Source: Thermodesulfobacteriota bacterium
GTDB taxonomy: Bacteria; Desulfobacterota; Desulfobulbia; Desulfobulbales; SURF-16
Reading direction: 5' to 3'
Assembly: GCA_040755455.1 (NCBI GenBank)
Contig: JBFMAY010000006.1
Location: 32,001-96,000, forward strand
DNA length: 64,000 nt
In this document: positions 9,813-18,547 of the stretch, in pieces
Layout of the letters: each line of letters begins with the position of its first letter
How positions within the stretch are numbered: the stretch's first letter is position 1
Program-made: the position numbers and the translations under genes
Notes under the pieces: model-generated
What the model was told of the DNA's origin: nothing
Database searches by the model: none
What the model saw: only the letters and a program-made list of their open reading frames with translations

Positions 9813-12812
9813 ATGAATATCCCGAGCCGCACCGTTCCCTGGCATCGTTCGTTACGTTTCAGGCTGGTGGTTGCCGCCATCACCGTCGAGCTGATCATGC
9901 TCTCGGCGTTGCTGGCCAACAGCTTCAGCCTTCTTGACAAAGCGGTTGTCTCGCAGACCCAGGCGCGGCTTGAGGCGCTGTCCCCCCTGCTTGACGCAGC
10001 GCTGGCCGGTCGGGTGTTCCAGCGGGACCACGTCGAGGTGAAGGCGATCCTCACCCGGTTGACCAACTCGCCGCTCACCGAGATAGAGTACCTCACCGTC
10101 CTGGATACGGCCGGCAATATCATTGCCTCAACGTCGCATCCGGATGCCGGAGCCCTGCCCGGGGAAGACCACAGCGTTAGCGCTGCGCTGCGTGACCTCA
10201 CCTATGATGTCCGCCTTCCGCTGACCATCCTCGGCACGGAAGTCGGATCGGTGTATTTCGGTCTGTCATTGGCGTCTATGGTCGCCACCCAGGATCAGGT
10301 GGTCAGGGAGGGGGTCATCATTGCCACGGTTGAAATTTTCCTGAGCATGCTGCTGCTTGCCTCAGGCGGTTATCTCATTACCCGCCACATCCGCTCCTTG
10401 ACCGATGGAACGCGCCGGATTGCCCAGGGTGACTACAACGCGCGGATCTTTATTCCCGGCAAGGATGAGATCGCCGTGCTGGCCAGCGACTTCAATGCCA
10501 TGTCCGAGGCGGTTGCCACCCATGTCAACGATCTCCGGGCCAGCGAAATGCGCTCCCAGGCCATCTTCAACTCAGTCAGCGAGGCAATTTTCATCCACGA
10601 TGCCGTCACCGGCATGATCCTCGATGTCAACCAGCCGATGTGCGAGATGTTCTCCTGTTCCCGCGAGGAGGCGATCGGCAACGATCTTGGTGTCTTCAGT
10701 TCCGATATTCCTCCGTATACCCTGGATGGTGCAATGGCTAAAATCCAGGCCGCCGTTGCCGGCGCCCGGCAACGATTTGACTGGCAGTCCAGAAGCCTGG
10801 ACGGGCGGATATTCTGGATTGAGGTCAGCATGCAGCTGGCGAAAATTGGCGACCACGACCGCCTGATTGCCGTGGTGCGCGACATCAGCGACAGAAAGAA
10901 GGCGGATGAGGAAAAAAATACCGCTATCGCCCGCTTTCAGACCCTGGTTGACAGCCTTGATGCCCTGGTCTATGTGGCAGACATGCAAACCCATACCATT
11001 CTGTTCATCAACAAATACGGCAGAGAGGTGTGGGGCGAAATCGAGGGGAAGATCTGCTGGCAAGCCCTGCAGGTCGGTCAGAGCGGCCCCTGTTCTTTCT
11101 GCACCAACGACAAACTCCTCAATACCGATGGAAAGCCCACCGGAACCTATGTCAGTCTGATCCGCAATACCGTAACCAGGCAATGGTACGAATGCCGCGA
11201 CCAAGCCATACAATGGACCGACGGACGTCTGGTCCGCTTGGAGATTGCCATCAATATCACCCCGCGCAAGGCGGCGGAAGAGGCCCTGGCGGCTGAGAAA
11301 GAACGCCTGTCCGTTACCTTGCGCAGCATTGGTGACGGGGTCATCACCACCGATACCGAAGGCAGAATTATTCTGATGAATGCCGTGGCGGAAAATCTGA
11401 CCGGCTGGGGCCAGCAGGAGTCACAGGGCAGGCCCCTTGCAGAGGTATTTCACATTGTTAATGCGCGAACCCTCACAACTTGCGAAAATCCGGTGGACAG
11501 GGTGCTGGCATCCGGGCAGATCATTGAACTGGCTCATCATACTGTTCTCGTTGCCAGGGGCGGGAATGAGCGGCGGATAGCGGACAGCGGGGCGCCAATC
11601 CGCGACGGAGAAGGGAATATTATTGGGGTGGTTCTGGTTTTCCGGGACGTCACGGAAAAACACCGGATGGAAGAGGAACTGCTGAAGGTGAAAAAGCTGG
11701 AGTCCGTTGGCGTGTTGGCGGGGGGGATCGCCCATGATTTCAATAACATCCTGACGGCCATCCTGGGCAATATCAACATCGCCCTGCTGGATGACACCTT
11801 GAAGTATGGGACACGAACACTGCTGACCGAGGCAGAAAAGGCGTCAATCAGGGCAAAGGATCTCACCCGGCAGCTGCTCACCTTTTCCAAGGGCGGTGAA
11901 CCCGTCAAAGAAACGGCATCAATCGCGGAAATTATCCACGATTCTGCTGAATTCGTGCTGCACGGAGGGAATGTGGCCTGCCAGTATTCCATCCCCGGCG
12001 ACCTCTGGCTGGTCGATATTGATAGAGGCCAGATAAGCCAGGTTATTCAGAACATCATCATCAACGCCAAACATGCCATGCCGGGCGGAGGTTATATCCG
12101 GGTGAGTTGCGAGAATGTCAGTGCGCAGTCCATCCCAGATATCACCCTCTCTGGAAAAGGCCGCTACATTAAAATCAACATTAGTGACAGCGGGACTGGT
12201 ATCCCGGACAATATCCTTGACAAAATATTTGATCCTTATTTCACCACCAAGCATGAAGGAAGCGGCCTTGGCCTTGCTATCACCCATTCCATTATCAGCA
12301 AGCATAATGGTCACATATCCGTGCATTCACAACAGGGCAAAGGAACAACTTTTACCATCTATCTCCCTGTCTCTGGCATGAAACAGGAAAAGAAAAACCG
12401 TGAAGAGATCATGACGGTGAAAGCGGACAAGGCTAAAATCATGGTTATGGATGATGACGAAATGGTCAGAAAGGTCGCCCAAGCCATGCTTTCCATGCTT
12501 GATCACGAAGTGGTCCTGGCACGGAACGGAGCGGAAGCGCTTTCATTATACAGAAAGCACCAGGACAGTGGCGAACCGATTGATCTCGTTATCATGGACT
12601 TGACTATCCCCGGCGGCATGGGGGGGAAAGAGGCGGTAAAGGAGATTCATGCCATCAACCCCGCCGCCAAGGTTATCGTTTCCAGCGGTTATTCCAATGA
12701 TCCGGTTATGGCATACTACAAGGAATATGGATTTGCCGCAGCTATTGTCAAACCTTTTCGGATACAGGACGTCTTGGGCATTATCAATCAATTGCTGGAA
12801 TCAAAGGCATAA
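9813..12812 (+). CDS. Hybrid sensor histidine kinase (TM-HAMP-PAS x3-HisKA-HATPase-REC)
   Basis: AGGIAHDFNNIL H-box, DSGTGI, FDPYFTTK, GSGLGL, C-terminal receiver (VMDDD, IMDLTIPGG, KPF). Confidence 0.93.
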   Translation: MNIPSRTVPWHRSLRFRLVVAAITVELIMLSALLANSFSLLDKAVVSQTQARLEALSPLLDAALAGRVFQRDHVEVKAILTRLTNSPLTEIEYLTVLDTAGNIIASTSHPDAGALPGEDHSVSAALRDLTYDVRLPLTILGTEVGSVYFGLSLASMVATQDQVVREGVIIATVEIFLSMLLLASGGYLITRHIRSLTDGTRRIAQGDYNARIFIPGKDEIAVLASDFNAMSEAVATHVNDLRASEMRSQAIFNSVSEAIFIHDAVTGMILDVNQPMCEMFSCSREEAIGNDLGVFSSDIPPYTLDGAMAKIQAAVAGARQRFDWQSRSLDGRIFWIEVSMQLAKIGDHDRLIAVVRDISDRKKADEEKNTAIARFQTLVDSLDALVYVADMQTHTILFINKYGREVWGEIEGKICWQALQVGQSGPCSFCTNDKLLNTDGKPTGTYVSLIRNTVTRQWYECRDQAIQWTDGRLVRLEIAINITPRKAAEEALAAEKERLSVTLRSIGDGVITTDTEGRIILMNAVAENLTGWGQQESQGRPLAEVFHIVNARTLTTCENPVDRVLASGQIIELAHHTVLVARGGNERRIADSGAPIRDGEGNIIGVVLVFRDVTEKHRMEEELLKVKKLESVGVLAGGIAHDFNNILTAILGNINIALLDDTLKYGTRTLLTEAEKASIRAKDLTRQLLTFSKGGEPVKETASIAEIIHDSAEFVLHGGNVACQYSIPGDLWLVDIDRGQISQVIQNIIINAKHAMPGGGYIRVSCENVSAQSIPDITLSGKGRYIKINISDSGTGIPDNILDKIFDPYFTTKHEGSGLGLAITHSIISKHNGHISVHSQQGKGTTFTIYLPVSGMKQEKKNREEIMTVKADKAKIMVMDDDEMVRKVAQAMLSMLDHEVVLARNGAEALSLYRKHQDSGEPIDLVIMDLTIPGGMGGKEAVKEIHAINPAAKVIVSSGYSNDPVMAYYKEYGFAAAIVKPFRIQDVLGIINQLLESKA

Positions 12813-13035
12813 TTCGATTGCACTGATTTTCGCGGCATGACGGCGTAGAAAAGACAAACGCAGCCTTGCACCGTGGAAAAACTTCATTAGCACGAGCTGA
12901 TAAAACCCTCGCCAATCTGGCGATATCCCCCATCCGCCTCGGCTTATCACCACTTTCCCCTAACCGATGTGAAGAATTACAGGGTCTCCCCTCTGTAATT
13001 ATCCGTTTTTATGATATTTTTTATATGCTGCCTGC

Positions 13036-13051
13036 GGGCATGGTTATTGCC
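13036..13051 (+). promoter_or_regulatory. Putative sigma54 (-24/-12) promoter
   Basis: GGGCATGGTTATTGC: GG 13037-38, N10, GC 13049-50; about 130 nt upstream of ATG 13182. Confidence 0.55.
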
Positions 13052-13181
13052 TATCCTGTAAATGGCAACATTTTGCCGTAGCCATGCGAGACAAAGCGCG
13101 GCAGTGATTATCGGCAGCAAACTCGTCTTGCGGCGCGGCATAACAAGCTGAACGATACAAACATCATCGCAAGGAGCGTGT

Positions 13182-16100
13182 ATGCGGCAACTGCTTTTGA
13201 GCCTCGTCTACCTGATGTTTTTCTTCTCCGGCGCGGCAGCACTCATTTATGAGGTGGTGTGGGTGCGGTCGCTCAGCCTGATTTTCGGCGGCACCCATCT
13301 GGCCGTGACCACCGTCCTCTCCGTTTTCATGGGCGGGCTCGCCCTTGGCAGCTATCACATCGGCAAGCGGGTCGATGCCCTGAAAAAGCCTTTGCGCTTC
13401 TATGGCTTGCTGGAGCTGGGCATTGCCCTGTCCGCCCTGGGTTTCATTGGGCTCATGCAGGTCTATCCAGCCGTCTATATCTTTTTGGTGCAGGGTGGGG
13501 AAAATTCAAATATATATATAACCTGCGTGCGGGTGATCTTTGCCGTGGTGGCCCTGATTGTCCCGACCACTCTCATGGGCGGTACCCTGCCGGTGCTCAT
13601 CCGGTTTGTTACCGGCAGTTCGGCAAAAATCGGCACGAAACTTTCCCTGCTCTATGGCATCAATACCCTGGGAGCGGTTGCCGGAACCGGGGTGGCCGGT
13701 TTTTTTCTGCTGCGCTTTTATTCGGTCAGCATGACGCTGTATACGGCAATCGCCATCAACACGGTAATCGGTGTGGCCAGCATCCTGCTGCAGGACAAGG
13801 TGGCGCAGGGCATCATTTCCCTGGCAAGGGAGGAAGAGCGGAGGGCTCAGCGGCCGGATGTCTTTCGTGGCAGGGACATCCTGGAACCTGGGGCGGGTAA
13901 TAATCTCTTTTCCGCCCGGCTGGTTCTGCTGGGCATCGGCATCAGCGGCTTCTGCGCCCTGGGTTATGAGGTGCTGTGGACGCGGATTCTCACCTTGACC
14001 ATCGGCACCAGTGTTTACGGCTTTTGCATCATGCTGGTGGCCTTTCTCACCGGTATCGCCCTGGGCAGTGAGGCCTATGGCCTGATGCGCAGATTGCAGC
14101 CCGCCGGAGACCGGGATAGGGCTACTCCACTGATTCTCGGCTTTGGGCTGGTGCAATGCACCATCGGCATGGCGGCATTGGTTGTGACATTTTATATCCG
14201 CGATCTGCCGACCCATTCCATCCAGCTGAGCGATTATTTTCTTGGTCGAGGCCTTGACGTGTTCCAGGCCCGGCAACTGGCCAACCTGGCCCTGGCTTTT
14301 TTCTATATGGTCGTTCCGGCCTTTTTCATGGGGCTGGCCTTTCCTCTTGCCGGCAAAGTCAATATCGCCTATCAGCGCAAGATTGGCCGTGCGGTGGGCG
14401 GGATGATGGCCTATAACACCATCGGCGCTATTCTCGGTTCAGCGGTCAGTGGATTTTTCATGATCTATGTGTTCGGCATCGAAAGATCACTGCAGATGCT
14501 GACCGGCATCAATTTCGGTTTTGGTTTGCTGGTGATCGCCAGTCTGCACAACAGAAAGGCCCTCAACCTGGCCATAGTCGGCGCGACACTGGCCATGATG
14601 CTGTTGCTGATCGCCAGGCCTGATGCCCTGCGGATGTGGAATGCCAAGTACTTTGCCATCTTCCAGAACAATAAGGCTCAATCCTATGATTCCCCGGCAA
14701 AGAAACAGGACGCCCTCGATAATACCGATGTCCTCTTTTATCACGAGGGGGTCAATTCAACGATAAGCTCCATTAAAATCAAGGGCGGCAACCAGGCGCT
14801 GCTGGTAAACGGCAAGGTGGTCGCCTCGGCCACCCTGAAGGACCGCCAGTGCCAGCTCACTCTGGGGCATCTGCCCATGCTCCTGCACAAAAATCCCAAA
14901 AGGGTGCTGGTGGTGGGTCTGGGCACCGGCATGACCCTGGGTGCCACCTCCATTCACCCTGGGGTGGAGGAGCTGACCCTGGCCGAGATCGAGCCCAATG
15001 TGGTGGGCGCCGCCCGGACCTTTGCCAGGTATAACAATAATGTGCTGGATGATCCGAAGCTACGGATCGTCTTTAACGATGCCCGTAATTTTCTGATGAC
15101 CACCAAAAAGAGATTTGACGTCATCACCGCCGACCCGATCCACCCCTGGACCCAGGGGGCAGGCTATCTCTACACCGCCGCGTATTTCAAACTGGCCGCC
15201 GAGCATCTGCTGCCCGGCGGCATCATGTGCCAGTGGCTGCCGATCTATGAACTAAGCGTTGCCGATCTGCAGTCCGTGGTGAAGACATTTTCCATAAACT
15301 TCAGGTATACCATGGCCTGGCTGACCCAGTATGATGCCCAGCTCATTGGCAGCGATTCGCCGATCATCATCGATGAGGAGGAGCTGCAGCGACGCATCTC
15401 GTTTACGGCAATTAATGAAGATCTCAACCCGGTGATGATGGGATCAGCAGCCGATTTCCTCAGTTATTTTGTCCTGGGCAAAAACGGGATGGAAGAATTT
15501 GCCGCAGACGGCATCATCAATACCGATGATAACCTGTACCTGGAATTCTCCACCCCGGTTTCAGTGGGCATCAATCGCATGGGGGAAAATGTGGAGGCCA
15601 TTTATCAGCATCGGGAAAGTATTCTGCCCTATCTGCGTGCAGCAGAAGACAAAACGGCCCGCAAGCAGCAGACCGGCAGGTGGGAGGAAGTCGGCAGGGC
15701 GGCGGAGATTGCCGACCGGGCTCATGCCCTGATGCTGAGCGGCGGATACAAGACGGCGGAATTTCAGAACCTCATGGCTAAACTTGACCGGCAATATTCC
15801 GCGTTTTCGCCGGGTCGGTTCATCCGGCAGGAGTATGAGGAGGAGGTGTTGAAGATCCCGACCTTGCTCGACAGGCTTCCTCTTACCCTTGCAAATAACG
15901 CGGGGGAAAAGGTGGTGGTGGAAATTTCGGCGGTCATCGCCCGGGTCAGTGAAGAAAGGGCCGCGCTCATCTTTGTTGACAACGCGGCCAGAATCATATT
16001 CGGGCAGCGCTATTTTTCCGGCATTGATGCTGATCAGAATATGTACGGTTTCGCCAGGGAGGTTCTGGCCGCCATCCGGGCCGTCTACCTTGAGCAGGCC

Positions 16101-16232
16101 GGCCCCGGCAGGAAGGAGAGCTTCCCAGCCCTGGCAACCACCATGCAGCGGGTCAGGGCGCTTATTGAGGCCAGGTGCGGGACCGCAGGGAATGCGGAGG
16201 AGATGGGGAGCAATCACCTCCTGCCCCGTTGA
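13182..16232 (+). CDS. Fused membrane (MFS-like)/spermidine synthase-family protein
   Basis: SGAAALIYEVVW, LYGINTLGA TM repeats; intact VLVVGLGTG, EIEP, NDARNFL, FDVITADP, INTDDNLYLEF. Confidence 0.88.
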   Translation: MRQLLLSLVYLMFFFSGAAALIYEVVWVRSLSLIFGGTHLAVTTVLSVFMGGLALGSYHIGKRVDALKKPLRFYGLLELGIALSALGFIGLMQVYPAVYIFLVQGGENSNIYITCVRVIFAVVALIVPTTLMGGTLPVLIRFVTGSSAKIGTKLSLLYGINTLGAVAGTGVAGFFLLRFYSVSMTLYTAIAINTVIGVASILLQDKVAQGIISLAREEERRAQRPDVFRGRDILEPGAGNNLFSARLVLLGIGISGFCALGYEVLWTRILTLTIGTSVYGFCIMLVAFLTGIALGSEAYGLMRRLQPAGDRDRATPLILGFGLVQCTIGMAALVVTFYIRDLPTHSIQLSDYFLGRGLDVFQARQLANLALAFFYMVVPAFFMGLAFPLAGKVNIAYQRKIGRAVGGMMAYNTIGAILGSAVSGFFMIYVFGIERSLQMLTGINFGFGLLVIASLHNRKALNLAIVGATLAMMLLLIARPDALRMWNAKYFAIFQNNKAQSYDSPAKKQDALDNTDVLFYHEGVNSTISSIKIKGGNQALLVNGKVVASATLKDRQCQLTLGHLPMLLHKNPKRVLVVGLGTGMTLGATSIHPGVEELTLAEIEPNVVGAARTFARYNNNVLDDPKLRIVFNDARNFLMTTKKRFDVITADPIHPWTQGAGYLYTAAYFKLAAEHLLPGGIMCQWLPIYELSVADLQSVVKTFSINFRYTMAWLTQYDAQLIGSDSPIIIDEEELQRRISFTAINEDLNPVMMGSAADFLSYFVLGKNGMEEFAADGIINTDDNLYLEFSTPVSVGINRMGENVEAIYQHRESILPYLRAAEDKTARKQQTGRWEEVGRAAEIADRAHALMLSGGYKTAEFQNLMAKLDRQYSAFSPGRFIRQEYEEEVLKIPTLLDRLPLTLANNAGEKVVVEISAVIARVSEERAALIFVDNAARIIFGQRYFSGIDADQNMYGFAREVLAAIRAVYLEQAGPGRKESFPALATTMQRVRALIEARCGTAGNAEEMGSNHLLPR

Positions 16233-16357
16233 GCGCGGTTGTTGTGGCGGATGGCCGGACGATTTCTTCCCCGGCACCCGGCGCTCGATATGACTCGCTG
16301 CCGGCTAGCAGGGAAGCCGCCGTCTCACTTGCAGTTAACCCCCGGAAGATTTGCCTG

Positions 16358-17257
16358 CTAGCGGAAAACCTGGACCCGGTTGTTGTTTCTGTCGGCGATA
16401 AAGGCATTGGTGCCGGTGATGCACATCGCGGCAGGATAGTTCAGCAGCCCCTCATTCCAGCCCATTCCCGCCTTTCTGCTGCGGAAAGAACCGTCCAGCC
16501 CGAGGAGAATAATGCTTCCGCCGTTCTGGTCGGTGACATAGAGGACTCCCCGGTTATCCGTGGTGATGCAGGTGGGAAAGCTGATATACTCCTGCATATT
16601 TTTTGACAGGGGGAGAAACTCCGCTGCCTCTTTGGCCGCGGAATAGACCATGGAGTTGGCGCTGTCAATCAGATAGACGCTCCCGCCATGATCCACCGTG
16701 AGGTCGGAGAAGAAGCCGGATTTTTTCGGAAAGGCGATCTGCCGCAGATAGTCACCCCGCGGGTTGAGCACGATCACCCGGCCGGAAAAGATATCGAGCA
16801 CGTAAATATTGTCCTGCTGATCAATTTTAAAACTCCTGGGAACAATGGTGGCGCCGGTGTCAGGCGGCACCCCTTTCAAGTCGAGATTACCCGCAAACTG
16901 TCCGTCTTTGTTCAGGCGGACTATGCGGCGGTTCTTGCCGTCCAGGGCAAAAATCTCTCCCTGGGAATTGATCTGCACCCTGATGGGATTGGTCAACTGG
17001 GGCATCTTGATCTGCGAAGCAAATTCAACGGCGTCGACCTTCACCGTGTACTGCAGAAGACGGTTATTGCCCGTGTCCGCGATCACCAGGGTATTTTCCG
17101 TGCAGGCCACGCCTTCCGGCTGCAGAAGCCCATGGCCCTCGCCGTCCGTATACACGGAGACCACCGGCTGAAAGAGTACAGCCTGCTCGGCAAATGATGC
17201 TGATGGTGCATACAGCGGCAACATGAGAAGAAGAGTCAATAGCAATTTTACCGGCAC
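16358..17257 (-). CDS. Exported NHL-repeat beta-propeller protein (end of omcS companion cluster)
   Basis: Signal peptide; PEGVA..IADTGNNR, FPTCI..YVTD, YPAAM..IADRNNNRVQVF repeats. Confidence 0.88.
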   Translation of the reverse strand: MPVKLLLTLLLMLPLYAPSASFAEQAVLFQPVVSVYTDGEGHGLLQPEGVACTENTLVIADTGNNRLLQYTVKVDAVEFASQIKMPQLTNPIRVQINSQGEIFALDGKNRRIVRLNKDGQFAGNLDLKGVPPDTGATIVPRSFKIDQQDNIYVLDIFSGRVIVLNPRGDYLRQIAFPKKSGFFSDLTVDHGGSVYLIDSANSMVYSAAKEAAEFLPLSKNMQEYISFPTCITTDNRGVLYVTDQNGGSIILLGLDGSFRSRKAGMGWNEGLLNYPAAMCITGTNAFIADRNNNRVQVFR

Positions 17258-17261
17258 TCGC

Positions 17262-18536
17262 TTACCTCCTGTATTCCTTGTGACAGTTCGTGCACATTTC
17301 CGTCTGGGTCGGAGAATGCAGCATTTTGCCGGCGTCCGTGCCGTGTGCCCGATGGCAGCTCTGGCAGGTCACCGTGAGATTCGGATTCCGAGGATCTTTG
17401 GCCTCGTCGCCGATGGGATGGGTGGAATGCTTCTGCCAGTCATGGCAGTCACCGCACACATCAATGACCGATGGTTTGTTCAGCAGCAGGATCTGATTGG
17501 ACGAATGGGCGGAATGGCAGGCCATGCATGTGCCCTGCTCAACAGGGGGATGCTTGCTTTTCGCTGCCTTCAGTTTGGCCACCGTGTCCACATGGCAGCG
17601 GCCGCACACTTCCTGCATCGGTCCCGCCAGCAGTCCTTCCTGGTCGGAGGCATGGGGATTGTGGCAGTTCAGACAGCCGTTGCGGTCAAGCAGCGGCCAG
17701 TGCAGACGGTTTTTGGTCAAGGCCTCATTGATCATGTCGTTGTGGCACCCGCGGCACAGTTCAAAGCCGCCGGCCTTCACCTTGAGAGGTGTGGGGGAAG
17801 ACGGCCCCTCATGGCACTGGTTGCATTTCTTGCTGGCAAAAGGCTCGTGCACCTTATCGTACAGCAGCCCCTTGTGGTTGGAGCCGTGCGGGTTATGGCA
17901 GGCGGTGCAGCGCGTGTTCGCCATGGGAAAGTTCATATGCTGCTTCTGGAAATTGATTTTCTCCGTGTCATGGCATTTGAGGCAAAGGGCGGGCACATTA
18001 TCCTTCAGCAGTTTGCCGGCGTTGGCCGAGGCGTGGGGATCATGGCAGTTGGCGCAGCCCTTTTCCACCGGCACATGCTTGAACTTGACCGCGGCAACAC
18101 GTTCAGCCAGGGCCTTGTGGCACTCACTGCAGAGTGTGCCGCCATCCTTGAGGAGATTGAATTTGTATTTCGCCCCATGGGGATCATGACAGTTCACGCA
18201 GTTGCCGTCGGCTGCAACCTTGTGAGTGCTCACCGGCTTGTCAGGAAAGACCTTGCTGTGGCAGCGGACACAGATATCCTTCGGGTCCGCATCCAGCAGC
18301 TTGCCATGGGATGCCGCATGGGGGTTGTGGCATCCGGTGCAGTCCCAGCTCTTTACCGGGGTATGCACAAAGGGATTTTTGAGAATTTCCTCAAAACCGT
18401 CGTGACAGTTCAGGCAGTTCTTGCCCGTGGCCCCGGGTTTGAGGTTGAACTTGCCCTCCGCATGGGTCAGAGACTGCCCGCCCAGACAGAAAATGAGAGC
18501 AAGGAATGGGATGATGAAATCGGGTCGCCAACGCAT
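17262..18536 (-). CDS. Periplasmic multiheme cytochrome c, 16 CxxCH
   Basis: Signal peptide; I counted 16 CxxCH motifs in paired CxxCHxPH..CxxCH repeats. Confidence 0.95.
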   Translation of the reverse strand: MRWRPDFIIPFLALIFCLGGQSLTHAEGKFNLKPGATGKNCLNCHDGFEEILKNPFVHTPVKSWDCTGCHNPHAASHGKLLDADPKDICVRCHSKVFPDKPVSTHKVAADGNCVNCHDPHGAKYKFNLLKDGGTLCSECHKALAERVAAVKFKHVPVEKGCANCHDPHASANAGKLLKDNVPALCLKCHDTEKINFQKQHMNFPMANTRCTACHNPHGSNHKGLLYDKVHEPFASKKCNQCHEGPSSPTPLKVKAGGFELCRGCHNDMINEALTKNRLHWPLLDRNGCLNCHNPHASDQEGLLAGPMQEVCGRCHVDTVAKLKAAKSKHPPVEQGTCMACHSAHSSNQILLLNKPSVIDVCGDCHDWQKHSTHPIGDEAKDPRNPNLTVTCQSCHRAHGTDAGKMLHSPTQTEMCTNCHKEYRR

Positions 18537-18547
18537 GGTTCGTCCTT

